From Klebsormidium nitens (Eukaryota > Plantae > Klebsormidiophyceae): a DNA stretch of 64,000 nucleotides. Below are positions 61,505 to 64,000 of the stretch, one piece after another (within the stretch, counting starts at the first letter, position 1; every line of letters starts with the position of its first letter). The stretch spans positions 186,001 to 250,000 of the forward strand of contig DF236984.1 of assembly GCA_000708835.1 (NCBI GenBank), given 5' to 3'. Both the position numbers and the translations under genes were made by a program. The notes below the pieces were generated by a model. That model did no database searches, was not told where the DNA came from, and was given only the letters and a program-made list of their open reading frames with translations.

Positions 61505-63652
61505 TTAATCGTCGAAAACCGTTAGCTCGGAGATGGACCACGTGGCGGGCGACGAGCCCGTCTGACGGATCTCCAGGCAGCGCGCGCTGGCTTGAGTTTT
61601 CAACTTGAGGTCGACGAGACCGGTGAAGGAAGCGGAGACGTTGGCGGTCCCGGTTTGGGCGGTGGCGTATGGATACGTCGCGACCAACTCCGCATACGAC
61701 ATGGGGCTGTGTCAACCGCTTTGACAAGAGGAATGGACATCTCTCCAAGGACATCTCTCCAAGTTAACAGCCGGCGCACGTCCGCGGACCCAAAGCAAGC
61801 AGTTGACATCTGCTAAGCAAACCCTTAGGACTTCAAGATGGTCACGAATTCGCAACTTCCGTGCATCGCGCCCTCGACGCAAAACCTCCGCCTAATAGCG
61901 CTCTACCGGACTGCTCATGTTTGCGGGCCAAGTCTAATCTCGCTTCCTCCAATCACGAGGGCAATCCAGATCGAAGTTCAGTGGACTCTGTCTCAGACCT
62001 TAAAACTGAGCAAAGACCGAAAAATACGATGCCGAGCGACACGAGGCTCGGAATCTTCGACTTCGATGCATCTAATTCACCATGCCTATCCTCAGCGCAA
62101 TGCTTACGCAAGCGCAGTGCCGACAGATTTATCCACCTTCTACTTACACAAAAGGGACCAATTAGAACCTCCGTCGAGTCTCAAGCTTCGCTTTGGAATC
62201 GATACTTCCAGATTCCAACTTTTGATAGCGGCGACTCATGAATGGGCGCGGACTTTTCACTAAAGAAGGGGACAAGATGAGCGCCTCACGAAAGCGAGCG
62301 GAACGAGGCTCGGGTTTCCCCACGTGACGCAGTCCAGTAACGCGTACAGCATTGAGCCGCGGCAGTAGTCGAAGGGCCGCCGGGCAGGGTTCAAAAGCAC
62401 CCGCGACGCCGTCTGTGCGGCTTTCATGTCAACCTGCGGGATGCACTGTTTCAGCTCATTCGTCACTTTCTGGGCGGGCGTTTTGGACGGGGGACGGGTC
62501 AGTACTCCGGCGACCACAGAGCAGGCGAGGCAATTTGAAGTAGTCGCTCAAGACATTTTTCAAGATGGAAGACAGCTCTTTCAGAGACTTGTCATTATTT
62601 GAGTGCAGGAGTACAAGCTCAACTACGAAGCCTGTCGAGGTTGCGTAAGAGGTTTCAAGGTCAAGGCGATGCGACTTTACGGCTTTCTCTCGTGTTTCGG
62701 AATTACAAGAGTTCTGACAGTGCTGGCGCTGATGGAAGTTCTGCAAATGCTGCAGACCCTGTTTCCGAGTCAAAGTCCATAGGCTCTAAGCTCAATAGCA
62801 TCATAGGAAGGGCCTAGGAAAAAGAGGAGCCTTATGACCTGACTTGGGAGAGGAGAGCTTTCGACAGGTCGCTTCTGTGGATTAGATCTTAAAGGACCAG
62901 CTTAAAATGGCGACTACGACACCGCCCGCGGCACATTTCTCAACCACCTGCCAAGCTTCCGGGTTCCTCGAAGTGCAGCAACTACAGATAAACGGGATCG
63001 ACAGAAGACGAAAGCAGAGATTGATCCGAAAGGAAGGCGTAGCTTCTTACCAGGAATCGCTGGTTCGTGTGATCCTGAATGGGCGCCACGAAGTCTGTAA
63101 AGTCTTGAGGCGCCACGTTGGTGTGATCCCGTACTGTCGCGATGAGTCGGCCCCTGGTTGAGCCGATACGCACGTCGACGTGTGCGCGCTGCGAGCTGCG
63201 AAGGAGAGGAACTCAAGATTCAGAGAACTTAACACTCTCTTGTTTAGCCTTACAGGAACCAGATCGGAAACAAAAGCTTTCAGAAAGCGCTAGCAAAATC
63301 GCGCTAGTGATGTTGTCTGCTTTAAGGGCATGCGCATCCAATATCTGTTTAGATGCGGGCGTCTCCATAACGTAACTTCAAGCGAGGAACAAAAGATGAC
63401 GCGGAAAGCACTCTCTTTCCTTCAGAGTACAGCCCGGTATGTCGAATGCATAAGCAGAGCCTAAAAGGGGAGACAAGAGGTAGTATAAATGTCCGAGCTT
63501 GGCATGTACCTGTATGCGGGGATGCGTATTGAATCGATGTTGAATAGGTTCCAGTTGTCGTATCGCAGCCAGTCCCCGTCGGTGACATTGTATACTTCGG
63601 TTTCGCCCCGGATAGGGTCAGCCGTTGGCCGCTCCGAAATGTATGGGCTGCT
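61505..63652 (-). pseudogene. 3' part of a degenerate multi-exon carbohydrate-binding protein gene (CBM6-like plus F5/8 type C/CBM32-like); 5' part probably beyond the right edge
   Basis: In-phase exons 63652-63510 (YNVTDGDWLRYDNWNLFNIDSIRI) and 63195-63051 (VDVRIGSTRGRLIATV); ~62517-62291 QVDMKAAQTASRVLLN...DYCRGSMLYALLDCVTWGNP; ~61680-61505 ARCLEIRQTGSSPATWSISELTVF*. Some joins unresolved. Confidence 0.55.
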
Positions 63653-64000
63653 CTGCAGAAGAAGAGTCAAAATGAAGTTAGGAGGACACGGATCGGTTCT
63701 CTTCCTTCGCTGATTCTGCGACCAGAAAAAACACAAGACCTGGAATCTATTCGACGACCTTAATGATCGCCGGAAAGTCTTTTATTGCCGATAATACCAG
63801 TAGTAAGGAATCTCCTGTCGAGAGAGCAAGATGAACTTCAAACTCTCAGGTCATCATATTTGCTCGCAATCCTCGTCAAAGTCCAAGCGGAAAACAAGAG
63901 CTGATAACGGCAAGTCGTTCATTGGCAGGCACCTTTGTGAATCAAGGGGGCATTTGGCCATTGCATACCTCGCCCTCTTCGGCTAGGAAGATCTAGGAAG

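Overview
Intron-rich eukaryotic genomic DNA. Plant-type housekeeping genes sit next to a flagellar gene, which points to a streptophyte (Klebsormidium-like) alga; this assignment is inference. Conserved genes: galactokinase (minus, 3' end off the left edge), DRC2/CCDC65 (plus), RPS19 (minus) and a GPS1/SPS3-type trans-prenyl diphosphate synthase (plus). Between galactokinase and DRC2 lies an accessory stretch with an F-box/LRR-like gene, a J-domain exon and three tandem ~4 kb copies of a 4-exon gene (uncharacterised, possibly phage/giant-virus-like N-terminal domain, 4 ankyrin repeats, F-box-like tail). Each copy is damaged differently, one by a ~550 bp internal inversion. The right part holds an armadillo-repeat gene with an in-frame TGA, a TA-flanked MITE, a secreted protein resembling fungal UVI-1, a tRNA-Leu-like relic and a degenerate CBM6/F5-8C gene. 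Highlights: two same-length mutually exclusive exon candidates encoding the galactokinase ATP-binding motif, many intronic echo copies of exon ends with their splice sites, and the HGT candidates. Everything was read by eye; no database searches were run.
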